DNA of 64,000 bases from Pseudomonadales bacterium (GTDB lineage: Bacteria > Pseudomonadota > Gammaproteobacteria > Pseudomonadales > JAUIET01): the NCBI GenBank assembly GCA_045105115.1, contig JBGCDE010000056.1:13323-77322 (forward strand). Reading direction: 5' to 3'. Below, piece by piece: positions 48,034 through 56,242 of the stretch (positions are counted from its first letter, which is position 1; every line of letters starts with the position of its first letter). The notes under the pieces were generated by a model. The model ran no database searches. It had not been told where the DNA came from and was given only the letters and a program-made list of their open reading frames with translations. The position numbers and the translations under genes are program-made.

Positions 48034-49251
48034 ATGCTAAAAAAACTGGCGTTCGCTTTAGTACTGCTTGTTGCCGGAATCGTTATCGGACAACAATTGC
48101 CACGAGGTGCTGCATTGTTTGCAACATTGGGCAGTTTAGGTAGCAGTGCTACGACCGACTACAGTACCTTAAAATCACATCAAGCCTTGCTCGATCTTGA
48201 GGCAATGATTGGCAGTACTCGCCAACTGGTTCTGGAAGACGCTCGCACTGAGCAGGAAGCGGTTGAAGGAATGCGTTGGGTGCTGCGCCTGGTCGCACAA
48301 GCCAGTGAACTTGCCGGAGATGGCAATCCGAAGTTGCCTCATTTCCAACGCATGGACACGCTTAAACGTAAACTGGGTGGCGACAACCCGGATGCTGAGT
48401 ACGAGCATGCCTGGATAGACGGCCAGTATGATTACATCATTACAGGCAACGTTGGCAGTGTTGCCTACCTCGGTTTCACAATCAATGCAGGCCAGGGTAA
48501 AAGCCCGCGGCGCAACGTTGACTACATCAGTGACAAAATGCTGAGTAAAGATGAAGACGGCAATTTCACCTTAATACTAGCTAAAGAAAAACCGGCTCTT
48601 GCTGGCGACTGGATTCAAATTCCAGCGGACGCCTCAGGTATTTTAGTGCGCCAATATATTGCTGACAGATCAACCGAAGTGCTTCCCCAACTGAACATTC
48701 GTGTGCTTGGTCAACAACCCGAATATGTACCGCCAACTGATGAAGGCGTTGCAGGGCTAATAGAGGGTGCAAGCTTTACTATGTTGAAGCTATCTACCTT
48801 ACACCGCTACATATTACCCGAGCTGATGGAAGACACTAACAGCTTTATAAGGGCAACTTCAGAAAATTTTGGTGATGACATTGCCGGCACTGACAACTTA
48901 TACATGTTGGGAAGTTATCAGCTGGATAATCATGAAGCCTTGATTATAAAAGTAGTGCCCCCACAAACGCGTTATTGGAACCTGGCACTGGAATCACGTT
49001 GGCATGAATTACCAGACTATTTACACCGCCCCATTTCACGCACGATGAAAGAAGTAGAGTTCGAGGCCGATGGTTCAGTAGAATTTGTTGTTGCTCATAG
49101 TGATCCAGGGCACCCAAACTGGTTAGACACCAGCATGCACAATTTCGGCTTTATGACCCTGCGTTGGTTAGACGCCAAGTCTGAAAGCGTACCGATGCCC
49201 GAAGTACGCAAGGTCAAATTCGAAACCTTGCTAAAGGAAAATGGCCAATGA
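48034..49251 (+). CDS. Hypothetical membrane-anchored/exported protein (possibly DUF1214/DUF1254-like)
   Basis: 405 aa with an N-terminal anchor MLKKLAFALVLLVAGIVIG. The RYWNLALES pattern is reminiscent of DUF1254/1214. The function call is weak. Confidence 0.5.
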   Translation: MLKKLAFALVLLVAGIVIGQQLPRGAALFATLGSLGSSATTDYSTLKSHQALLDLEAMIGSTRQLVLEDARTEQEAVEGMRWVLRLVAQASELAGDGNPKLPHFQRMDTLKRKLGGDNPDAEYEHAWIDGQYDYIITGNVGSVAYLGFTINAGQGKSPRRNVDYISDKMLSKDEDGNFTLILAKEKPALAGDWIQIPADASGILVRQYIADRSTEVLPQLNIRVLGQQPEYVPPTDEGVAGLIEGASFTMLKLSTLHRYILPELMEDTNSFIRATSENFGDDIAGTDNLYMLGSYQLDNHEALIIKVVPPQTRYWNLALESRWHELPDYLHRPISRTMKEVEFEADGSVEFVVAHSDPGHPNWLDTSMHNFGFMTLRWLDAKSESVPMPEVRKVKFETLLKENGQ

Positions 49252-49706
49252 AAGTCTGGATCGATGGCGATGCCTGTCCAGTAGTGATCAAAGAAATTTT
49301 ATTTCGCGCGGCCGACAAGCGTGAGGTCGAAACAGTGATAGTGGCCAATCACCATGTTCGCACGCCGGCCTCAAAGTTCATTCGCAGCATGCAGGTAGCC
49401 TCCGGGTTTGATGCAGCAGACAATGAAATTGTGCGTTTACTGGAAGCGGGAGACCTTGTTATCACCAGTGACATACCACTGGCGGCTGAAGTTATGGAAA
49501 AGGGCGGTCTGGCGTTAAGCCCACGCGGCAGCCTGCACACCGAGGAAAATATACGCCAGCGTCTAAACATGCGAGATTTCAATGAAACCTTGCGAGCCAG
49601 CGGTATCAATAGTGGTGGACCGCCGCCAATCAACCAGACTAACAAGCAAGATTTCGCCAATCATCTGGACCGCATAATCACTCGCGCGCAACGCTTGGTT
49701 CGCTAA
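49248..49706 (+). CDS. YaiI/YqxD-family protein (UPF0178)
   Basis: MKVWIDGDACPVVIKEILFRAADKREV..DAADNEIV..GDLVITSDIPLAAEV. Confidence 0.85.
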   Translation: MKVWIDGDACPVVIKEILFRAADKREVETVIVANHHVRTPASKFIRSMQVASGFDAADNEIVRLLEAGDLVITSDIPLAAEVMEKGGLALSPRGSLHTEENIRQRLNMRDFNETLRASGINSGGPPPINQTNKQDFANHLDRIITRAQRLVR

Positions 49707-49728
49707 AACCGGGGGACATTACAGCACA

Positions 49729-50190
49729 ATGAAGACAGCAATTAGCGTTCACCCGGTATCCATAGACAGTGATCTGGTCACATTAGTACAGCAAATCAAT
49801 GGCGCAAGCTGGACGGTAGAGAACGATATAGGTGAAGGCGAATACACCGCCGAAGGTTTACACCGCTACCTTCTGCAATCTGGCCACATATTCTTAAGCG
49901 CCAGCGTCAATGGCGAATTTGCCGGCATGGCAGCGGCGGCCATTCTGGAAAAGGCTTACGCTAATAATCGTTGGCTGTATGTTGATGAGTTGGATGTGGC
50001 CGCCAACTTCCGACGACTTGGCGTGGGAGCTGCCATAATGCGCTTTTTATTGCGCTTGGCCAAAGAGCATGAGTGCATGGAATTATGGTTGGGCACAGAA
50101 ACTGACAATGTTGCCGCAAAAGCACTTTATAAATCTCTGGCCCCCAGTGAAACAGAGCCTTTCGTTGGTTTTACCTACAGCCTTTTATAA
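49729..50190 (+). CDS. GNAT-family N-acetyltransferase
   Basis: Acetyl-CoA-binding motif VAANFRRLGVGAAIMRFLL and ALYKSLAP. Confidence 0.8.
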   Translation: MKTAISVHPVSIDSDLVTLVQQINGASWTVENDIGEGEYTAEGLHRYLLQSGHIFLSASVNGEFAGMAAAAILEKAYANNRWLYVDELDVAANFRRLGVGAAIMRFLLRLAKEHECMELWLGTETDNVAAKALYKSLAPSETEPFVGFTYSLL

Positions 50191-50270
50191 TACTTCACGA
50201 GCACCAACCAACAGAAACTCAGTCGCCATTAGTCTCCATGCTTGCCTCAGTCAGTAAAGATTCTGACAGA

Positions 50271-51377
50271 CTAGAACGGCAGTCCAGCAATATGTTGTGT
50301 TATATACTCCTTCAAACCAGCCACTTCAGATTGAGTTCCCCAGGGTTTTTGATACACAAAGGCTCCTGTCAACATGGCTACGCCTGCGCTGGCACGTAGC
50401 CTAGCTTGATCTCTAGGCAACTCAGGGTTAACTTCCAATATTGCTCTTGCCGCAAACAGGCGTATATCTTTGTAATAGCCCTCCAGGGTTTCAGCAATGG
50501 TGCCGTCCTTGTTTGATATCGCCCAGAACTCTCTCAGTAACGGTAAGGTCTTGTTTTCCCTCTCTTCACTCAAAATATACTCTGTGAACAAAACGAGCCT
50601 ATCCAGTGGGCTACTAATTCTTGCTATATGCTGTTGGTAATACTGTCGGAAATGTACCTCAACGCGCTCCAGCATCGCGTGGTAAAGGTCGCCACGTGTT
50701 TTGAAGTAATGCTGTAAATGACCAGGTGTGATATCAAGTGCCAACGCTACTTTGCGAACAGAGAAATTCGCAACACCAAACTCCACCAAGGTATCAATCG
50801 CTTGCTCAACGATTTCAATACGCCTACTGGTGTCTTCACTTATCTCTGTGGTGTTTGAGCGTTCTTTTACCAATAAATCTACGACAACATCACCCAGGCG
50901 TGCCAGCGCGTTAATTTGCCCTTTATCCATACGCCGGGGCTTTTGATCAATAACACACAAGGTTCCCACCTGGTGCCCACTGGGAAGCCGCAAGGGTGCA
51001 CCCGCATAGAAACGCACATCTGGTGATCCTCTCACCATTGGATTGTCGCAAAAATCCGGATCAATTTGCGCATTCTCCACGCAGAAAACGCCGTGGTCTC
51101 GAATAGCATGATCGCAAAACGCGATCGATCGCCCGGTTTCGCTCACGCCGTCAAGGCCATAATTTGCTTTGAACCATTGCCGGTTTTTGTCGACCAAAGA
51201 CACCAGCGCAATTGGCACATCCAATAGCTTTGCGGCAGCTACCACTACCGCGTCAATTGCGGGGTTAGACTCGGTATCCAGTACCTTGAGGGCTCGCAAA
51301 GCCGCAACGCGCTCCTCTTCGATGACCTCTGCTTGCTCTGCCACAACTACTCCCGAAATCCATTCGCGATCAATCAT
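50271..51377 (-). CDS. GAF-domain / TetR-family transcriptional regulator fusion
   Basis: The N-terminal GAF domain (LRALKVLDTESNPAIDAVVVAAAKLLDVPIALVSLVDKNRQWFKANYGL..FCDHAI..FYAGAPL) is followed by a TetR HTH (IDTLVEFGVANFSVRKVALALDITPGHLQHYFKTRGDL) and a TetR C-terminal domain. Confidence 0.7.
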   Translation of the reverse strand: MIDREWISGVVVAEQAEVIEEERVAALRALKVLDTESNPAIDAVVVAAAKLLDVPIALVSLVDKNRQWFKANYGLDGVSETGRSIAFCDHAIRDHGVFCVENAQIDPDFCDNPMVRGSPDVRFYAGAPLRLPSGHQVGTLCVIDQKPRRMDKGQINALARLGDVVVDLLVKERSNTTEISEDTSRRIEIVEQAIDTLVEFGVANFSVRKVALALDITPGHLQHYFKTRGDLYHAMLERVEVHFRQYYQQHIARISSPLDRLVLFTEYILSEERENKTLPLLREFWAISNKDGTIAETLEGYYKDIRLFAARAILEVNPELPRDQARLRASAGVAMLTGAFVYQKPWGTQSEVAGLKEYITQHIAGLPF

Positions 51378-51511
51378 GTCACTCTATAACACGAAGCACA
51401 ACCCTGCGCTCCTAGGTCCAAATTGCGGGCGCAATCTGTCGAAGAAGTTCTCATTATGACCCGAGAACACACCACACATAAAAAAGGCCTCTTGCGAGAC
51501 CTTTTGTATGT

Positions 51512-51553
51512 GTGGCGCGCCCTGAGAGATTGATTCGATCGGCCTAAGGGCCG
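51512..51553 (-). pseudogene. Internally deleted tRNA-Arg remnant
   Basis: It keeps the tRNA 3' end (tggcgcgccctgagagatt) and a 5'-end-like ctaagggc, but the anticodon, D and most T arm sequences are missing. Confidence 0.6.
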
Positions 51554-51654
51554 CTCTCACCCCTGCGGGGCGTAGTCGCTGCGCTTCTACGTCCAAATTG
51601 CTGACGCAATCTGTCGAAGGAGTTCTCATCATGACCCGAGAACACACCACACAT

Positions 51655-51680
51655 AAAAAAGGCCTCTTGCGAGACCTTTT
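51655..51680 (-). terminator. Rho-independent terminator downstream of tRNA-Arg (duplicated at 51479-51504)
   Basis: On the minus strand: aaaa-ggtctc-gcaa-gaggcc-tttttt. Confidence 0.7.
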
Positions 51681-51687
51681 GTATGTG

Positions 51688-51764
51688 TGGCGCGCCCTGA
51701 GAGATTCGAACTCCCGACCACCTGGTTCGAAGCCAGGTACTCTATCCAGCTGAGCTAAGGGCGC
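51688..51764 (-). tRNA. tRNA-Arg (anticodon UCG), CCA encoded
   Basis: Minus strand GCGCCCT-TA-GCTC-AGCTGGATA-GAGT-A-CCTGG-CTTCGAA-CCAGG-TGGTC-GGGAG-TTCGAAT-CTCTC-AGGGCGC-G-CCA. All four stems pair. The anticodon loop is CT-TCG-AA. Confidence 0.92.
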
Positions 51765-51788
51765 TGTAAATCTATTCTATCTTGTTCA

Positions 51789-51847
51789 GCGCCCTGCTGG
51801 TTCGAAGCCAGGTACTCTCTCTTTACATTGAGCAGAGCTAAGGGCGC
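51789..51847 (-). pseudogene. tRNA-Arg-derived, T-arm-less tRNA-like remnant
   Basis: Minus strand GCGCCCT-TAGCTCTGCTCAATGTAAAGAGAGAGTA-CCTGG-CTTCGAA-CCAGC-AGGGCGC. The 7-bp acceptor stem and the anticodon arm (UCG) are intact, the D loop is replaced, and the variable and T arms are deleted. Confidence 0.6.
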
Positions 51848-51874
51848 TTTAAGGCCACGCACTATACACGATTT

Positions 51875-53005
51875 CTACTCGTCAAAAAACAAGCGAATCT
51901 CGTTTTCAAGTTCCATGGTGTCTTCGTATCCGTGCTGGATCAGCTCTTTGCAAAATTCGCTTTCAAACAGCAAATAACTGGCCAGGCTGGCACCGCCTCC
52001 TTTGCCAGTGGCGCCGATTATTCGCATCAATGTGCGCATTGCGGGCGGTAAGTCGGGTACGTGTTTGGCGGCCAGTTCATCAAATTCTATGGAAGGGTTG
52101 ATGGCCAGCAAATCGACAGTTTTCAGTCCATCGGTTTCTGCGTAGGGGTTTTCCAGCTGGATCATGCCAAGCAAATTATTGATTCGCATTAAGTGCTCTA
52201 GATCGGCTTCCATGCTATCTATAAACGCACTTTTAAATACATGGCCAATCATCTGTGCCAGCGAGGGTGAGTGCTTCTCTTCATCATGTCGTATCGGAAC
52301 TCTGGCATTGCCGCTAACACCAATCACCAGTAAACGATTTGCGCCCAGACGCAAAGCCGGGTTTAACGGCGTCAGCTGGCGAAGAGCACCATCACCAAAA
52401 TATTCGCGGCTGAGCTTTTCAGCTGGAAATATGGCAGGTATTGCACTGGAGGCTAACAGATGACCCACCGATAAGTCCGCAGGCACACCAACATGGCGCA
52501 GCCTACGCCACTTTTCCATTTCAGGTCTGCCTTCAAAAAAAGTAACGCACTCGCCAGATTGATACCCGGTTGCGGTGACCGCAACGGCGTCAAGATGACC
52601 AGCCTCTATCCGGCGCTGTATGTTGCCAAATTTAACACGCTTTTCCAGAAGCTGCCGCAGTGGCTCATTGTCTAGCAAAGCAACCGGGCGGGTCTTACCT
52701 ACGCCGTCGTTAAATAATGAGCCGAGCAGCCGGGCCACACTGTAGGCAACGTCTCTGCGTTGAGCCTTGTAGATTAAATCCACATGCAGGCTGTTCCAGA
52801 GGCGCTCCACTTTTTTAACAGCCAGGCGAAAGTTATTGGCAGAAGACGCCAGAGCAACAGCGTTAATCGCGCCTGAGGAGGTGCCACTGATAATTGAAAA
52901 AGGGTTGTGTGCGTTCTTGGGGCGCAGGTCACCGATCGCTTTCAGTACGCCTACTTGATAAGCGCCACGTGCACCACCACCCGATAAAACCAGGCCTGTT
53001 TTCAC
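51875..53005 (-). CDS. Patatin-like phospholipase (RssA-like)
   Basis: GLVLSGGGARGAYQVGVLKA (oxyanion Gly-rich loop), catalytic GTSSGA, and the Asp of the dyad in FGDGAL. Confidence 0.85.
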   Translation of the reverse strand: MKTGLVLSGGGARGAYQVGVLKAIGDLRPKNAHNPFSIISGTSSGAINAVALASSANNFRLAVKKVERLWNSLHVDLIYKAQRRDVAYSVARLLGSLFNDGVGKTRPVALLDNEPLRQLLEKRVKFGNIQRRIEAGHLDAVAVTATGYQSGECVTFFEGRPEMEKWRRLRHVGVPADLSVGHLLASSAIPAIFPAEKLSREYFGDGALRQLTPLNPALRLGANRLLVIGVSGNARVPIRHDEEKHSPSLAQMIGHVFKSAFIDSMEADLEHLMRINNLLGMIQLENPYAETDGLKTVDLLAINPSIEFDELAAKHVPDLPPAMRTLMRIIGATGKGGGASLASYLLFESEFCKELIQHGYEDTMELENEIRLFFDE

Positions 53006-53007
53006 GC

Positions 53008-53493
53008 TTACTTCAGTTTGAAGCTTTTGTGAATATCCTTGGCAAGAGCAATATTGATTTCATCCATGCCCTGCAACGCGTAATTCGCTGTGATCAGCTT
53101 ACCGCTGCAATACATATAGAAATCAACATTGGTACCTTCTTTTTCTGGCTTAAAATAGGCCAGATAATCTACCGTACAACCTTTGCGCTTGTAACGAGCC
53201 GACTCTTGAATATTGCCACCGCGAGCTTTTACTTCCCGGGTTGCTTCGCCGATCAACTCTGAACTTAGCTGGTCTGTGTAATTCTTGTCTTTCTCTTTAC
53301 CAATGTGGAAGAACACGAACGCCTTATCTTCGCGATTTCCATAACTGTAGTAATACTTCTGCTCGTCTTGACCAGCGGTCATCTCGGACCAACCGGGTCC
53401 CATATCAATTCTGAAAACCTGGTTCTCGGTCGCCTGGGCATGCGCTTGTACAGCCACCAAGCAAACGATAAAGAATAATCTAACTAATCTCAT
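53008..53493 (-). CDS. Hypothetical secreted protein
   Basis: ATG 53493 gives the signal peptide MRLVRLFFIVCLVAVQAHA. It ends 2 nt before the patatin gene start. No family recognised. Confidence 0.5.
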   Translation of the reverse strand: MRLVRLFFIVCLVAVQAHAQATENQVFRIDMGPGWSEMTAGQDEQKYYYSYGNREDKAFVFFHIGKEKDKNYTDQLSSELIGEATREVKARGGNIQESARYKRKGCTVDYLAYFKPEKEGTNVDFYMYCSGKLITANYALQGMDEINIALAKDIHKSFKLK

Positions 53494-53585
53494 GAGCGCA
53501 GTCCCACTGTTCACAGCCATTAAGTATATGGCAAGCAGTAGCGGGTTTTGAGCGCAGAGTTCGGCATTACTGCGCAAGCGTGCAG

Positions 53586-54407
53586 TCAGTGCGCAGTCTG
53601 CATGCTGCGGAAAAAGTCGCTTGTGGCACTGTCGCCGGGATAGAACGCCTCAACTCTTAGCTCATCAGCGGTTATGTCTTGCGCGGTGCCAAACGTTGAA
53701 ATCACTGAAAACAGGCTTAGCTTTAAATCATCTCGTTCCAGCTCCAGCGGCAAAACAGGTAACAGCTGTTCATCGGGAAGTTCTACTGCCTCGATCGGTC
53801 CGGCAAGCTCGAGCAATTTGGCCAGCAGTTTTCCATATTCTGCATCGCCATTTTCATTCGCTTCACGCCTCAAGCGGCGCACAAAAGTTGGGGCCGCCTG
53901 ATGCCAATTGCTAATAAATGGCCGGAAACCATCTGGGTGCAGCGTTAGTGCGGCTAAATTATGACGTGCTTGTTCTCCCATATCAGCAATAAATCGTTCA
54001 CTGGGTTCTGCCAGGCTGAACAGTAACTCGCCGGCCGTATTCATCATCACCACGTTCCAGAAGCGATCTATTACGACCGCCGGCAACGGGTTGTGATGTT
54101 CGAGCACTCTGTTTAACGCATCCAGCACCGGCGCCATATCCGGCTCTTGCAAACTGCGCTCGGAATACACCGCGGCAAAACCTGCAGCGCGCAGTAAGTT
54201 GTTTCGTTCACGAAGTGGAATATCCAGGGCTTCTGACAAACGAATAACCATTTCTCGACTGGGCTTGCTGCGCCCAGTCTCTAGCCAGCTGATGTGACGT
54301 TGAGAAACATTGGCCTCCAATGCCAATTCCAGCTGCGACAATTTTCGGTACTGTCGCCACTGGCGACAGTGCGAAGGAAATTCGTGCCCTGCTAACTGTC
54401 CCGCCAT
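53586..54407 (-). CDS. XRE-family HTH regulator with MmyB-like ligand-binding domain
   Basis: HTH LSQLELALEANVSQRHISWLETGRSKPSREMVIRLSEALDIP followed by an MmyB-like C-terminal domain (PAVVIDRFWNVVMMN). Confidence 0.75.
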   Translation of the reverse strand: MAGQLAGHEFPSHCRQWRQYRKLSQLELALEANVSQRHISWLETGRSKPSREMVIRLSEALDIPLRERNNLLRAAGFAAVYSERSLQEPDMAPVLDALNRVLEHHNPLPAVVIDRFWNVVMMNTAGELLFSLAEPSERFIADMGEQARHNLAALTLHPDGFRPFISNWHQAAPTFVRRLRREANENGDAEYGKLLAKLLELAGPIEAVELPDEQLLPVLPLELERDDLKLSLFSVISTFGTAQDITADELRVEAFYPGDSATSDFFRSMQTAH

Positions 54408-54536
54408 ACGCCACGCTCCAGATCATGAATACGGTCATTCTTGTCGCAAAGTGTAACTGGTTCAATAACCTTGGAGGTAATTGATGCTATTCAACTGGCA
54501 ATCCACACTGATAGCTCAACTGATGGAGTAACCACT

Positions 54537-54821
54537 ATGAACATGAAACCAATCGCACTCACTCTGCTGATACCCTTTCTGGCTCTGACCGCCTACACCA
54601 TTATGGATGTGGGCTACATCGGTATCTTCGAATACCATCTGCACAGTTCTGCAGGCTGGCAGGTAATCACCGACCTGGTCATTGGCATGTTTCTGATTAT
54701 GATCTGGATGTATCGCGACGCCAAAAAAAATGGCAGTAATCCATGGCCCTATCTAATTGCTACTTGTTTCCTGGGCTCGATTGCACCGTTGACTTATCTG
54801 GTATTACGCAAGCAAGCTTAG
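54537..54821 (+). CDS. Small integral membrane protein (3 TM), function unknown
   Basis: MNMKPIALTLLIPFLALTAYTIMDV..WQVITDLVIGMFLIMIWMY..WPYLIATCFLGSIAPLTYLVL. It is divergent from the XRE/MmyB regulator. Confidence 0.5.
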   Translation: MNMKPIALTLLIPFLALTAYTIMDVGYIGIFEYHLHSSAGWQVITDLVIGMFLIMIWMYRDAKKNGSNPWPYLIATCFLGSIAPLTYLVLRKQA

Positions 54822-54853
54822 AAAGTTGTAACGCCATGCAGGCGGGTGATTAT

Positions 54854-55705
54854 TCAGGCCGAGGTTTGAACAAAGGTGCCACTTTGCGACACAAATCGAA
54901 GGCTTAGGAATTGAGCGCCCAATAAAAAACCCGCGTCGGCACCTACACAATGTGCCACCCGGGCCACAGCAGTGAAACTTGGGCTTTCAACTTTAATCAA
55001 GTGCCCAGCATGCAGTGGATGCGTAAAACGAAGTTTTAAGCCATGCAAGGATAAGTCCACCAGCACAGCGTGTTGCTTCTCGCCTGGCCAAAAAGGCCAT
55101 ATATCAAGCGGGCTGTTGCGTGGTTGTCGCTGAATAGACCGATCGCCTGATTGCTCCATGGCATCAGGGTTGAGCTTCAGCAGAGGACTGCTGCACTTTG
55201 TGCAATCAGAATCGATACCAGGGGTTGCCTTGTATGGCGTTTTGCAGAAAAAACAGCTGTTCGCCGGTATCGGTTCGTCATTGGGGCTGTATCTGCGCTC
55301 TGAAGTTTGCTCGGAGCTGGTCTTTTCTTCGCCGCGTGTATCATCTTCTGTTTTTTGAGCGTGATCGTTTCCGTTTTTTGCAGTTTGATCGTGGCCTTGC
55401 GCGTCGGTATCTTCTTGAGCCTGGGCCTTACCCTCACTACCACCGTCGCGCTGTTCTTCACCCTGCTGGCCGGCATCTGCCATGGTTCGCTCACGCAATA
55501 GCCGCGCATCGTAGGCCGCGCGTAATTTTTTGTCAGACAGCACCGCATACGCTTCATTGATTACTGAGGCATCCCATTCGTCGCCGCCAAGATCCGGATG
55601 TTTCTTCAACTTTTGCATGATGGTGCGATAAGACATTTTTATCAGCTCAAGCGGCGCGTCTGGTTGCACATGCAAGATTCGATAATAGTTACGCTTGTTT
55701 TTCAT
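54854..55705 (-). CDS. J-domain / zinc-ribbon / PilZ-domain fusion protein
   Basis: The J domain is NYYRILHVQPDAPLELIKMSYRTIMQKLKKHPDLGG (HPD present). An acidic low-complexity linker and a CFFC..CTKC zinc ribbon follow. The C-terminal PilZ domain has RSIQR (RxxxR) and DLSLHG (DxSxxG). Confidence 0.75.
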   Translation of the reverse strand: MKNKRNYYRILHVQPDAPLELIKMSYRTIMQKLKKHPDLGGDEWDASVINEAYAVLSDKKLRAAYDARLLRERTMADAGQQGEEQRDGGSEGKAQAQEDTDAQGHDQTAKNGNDHAQKTEDDTRGEEKTSSEQTSERRYSPNDEPIPANSCFFCKTPYKATPGIDSDCTKCSSPLLKLNPDAMEQSGDRSIQRQPRNSPLDIWPFWPGEKQHAVLVDLSLHGLKLRFTHPLHAGHLIKVESPSFTAVARVAHCVGADAGFLLGAQFLSLRFVSQSGTFVQTSA

Positions 55706-55971
55706 GAGTCTGAATGTGGGACGTTTGTGTGACTTATTAAAGTTATATCGCCCTATTATGCTTTTCGGTGATGCAATTCAGCTTCAATTCACATTTAAAG
55801 CCATAAAGTGCGAACAATTTCACAAAAAGCGCACCTGGAGACACGCCTCTAATGGTAAGTTTTCACGTAAACTCGGTGCATTATTGCCAACTTGAACATT
55901 CACTACGTTGGCACTTAAAACGGAAGCACGTCGCTGAAGCATTGCGACATACAACGGAGCTTGATAATCAC

Positions 55972-56073
55972 ATGAAACAACTAAGCGCATTAGTTGACGT
56001 AGCCGCAGTAGCGGCATTCGCCTACGCGGTTTGGGTCGTAGTATCCGAAACCTATGCCTTACTGATTTTATAA
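55972..56073 (+). CDS. Possible 33-aa hydrophobic small protein
   Basis: MKQLSALVDVAAVAAFAYAVWVVVSETYALLIL, a single TM segment. GGAG lies 12 nt upstream. It is the only plausible plus-strand coding unit upstream of the orphan terminator at 56178. Confidence 0.2.
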   Translation: MKQLSALVDVAAVAAFAYAVWVVVSETYALLIL

Positions 56074-56177
56074 TCAGTAACATCAGCTTTACCTACCGGG
56101 CCTTACGGTAAGGCCGTGAAATCGCCGGCTCCCTGTTATTGATAGCAGACGATCAGCGTGCTGTTTTCACTCCTATA

Positions 56178-56212
56178 CTGCGAACCCCGTTTTGGGGTTC
56201 GCAGCTTTTTTT
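56178..56212 (+). terminator. Strong Rho-independent terminator with no annotated upstream gene
   Basis: ctgcgaacccc-gtttt-ggggttcgcag followed by cttttttt (11-bp perfect stem). Confidence 0.75.
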
Positions 56213-56242
56213 AGGCATTAACAGATTTTACATCTGCGCTTT

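Larger units (their letters stand above)
51416..51706. repeat. Tandem direct repeat (115/117 bp, period 174 bp) covering the tRNA-Arg 3' flank, its terminator and the last 19 nt of the tRNA
   Basis: 51416-51530 matches 51590-51706 (gtccaaattgc..atgacccgagaacacaccacacataaaaaaggcctcttgcgagaccttttgtatgtgtggcgcgccctgagagatt) with about 5 substitutions/indels. Confidence 0.9.

Noticed and set aside
51384-51650. The 88-aa minus-strand ORF across the tRNA-Arg flank
   Set aside because: It spans the tandem duplicated tRNA flank, the terminator and the tRNA remnant. Its sequence is repeat-derived and has no coding signature.
51875-53005. Patatin-like phospholipase as a CBASS (CapV-type) defence effector
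   Set aside because: No CD-NTase/cyclase, Cap2/Cap3 or other signalling partner is adjacent. The neighbour is a small secreted protein, so an RssA-like housekeeping lipase is more likely.
51416-53493. Genomic island integrated at tRNA-Arg, suggested by the duplicated tRNA 3' end next to a patatin gene
   Set aside because: The direct repeats are only 174 bp apart and enclose no genes. No integrase, excisionase or mobility gene occurs nearby. A local tandem duplication with decay explains the pattern better.
55158-55560. Plus-strand ORFs overlapping the DnaJ-PilZ gene linker
   Set aside because: They lie opposite the acidic low-complexity linker, where any frame stays open, and they have no start context or motifs.
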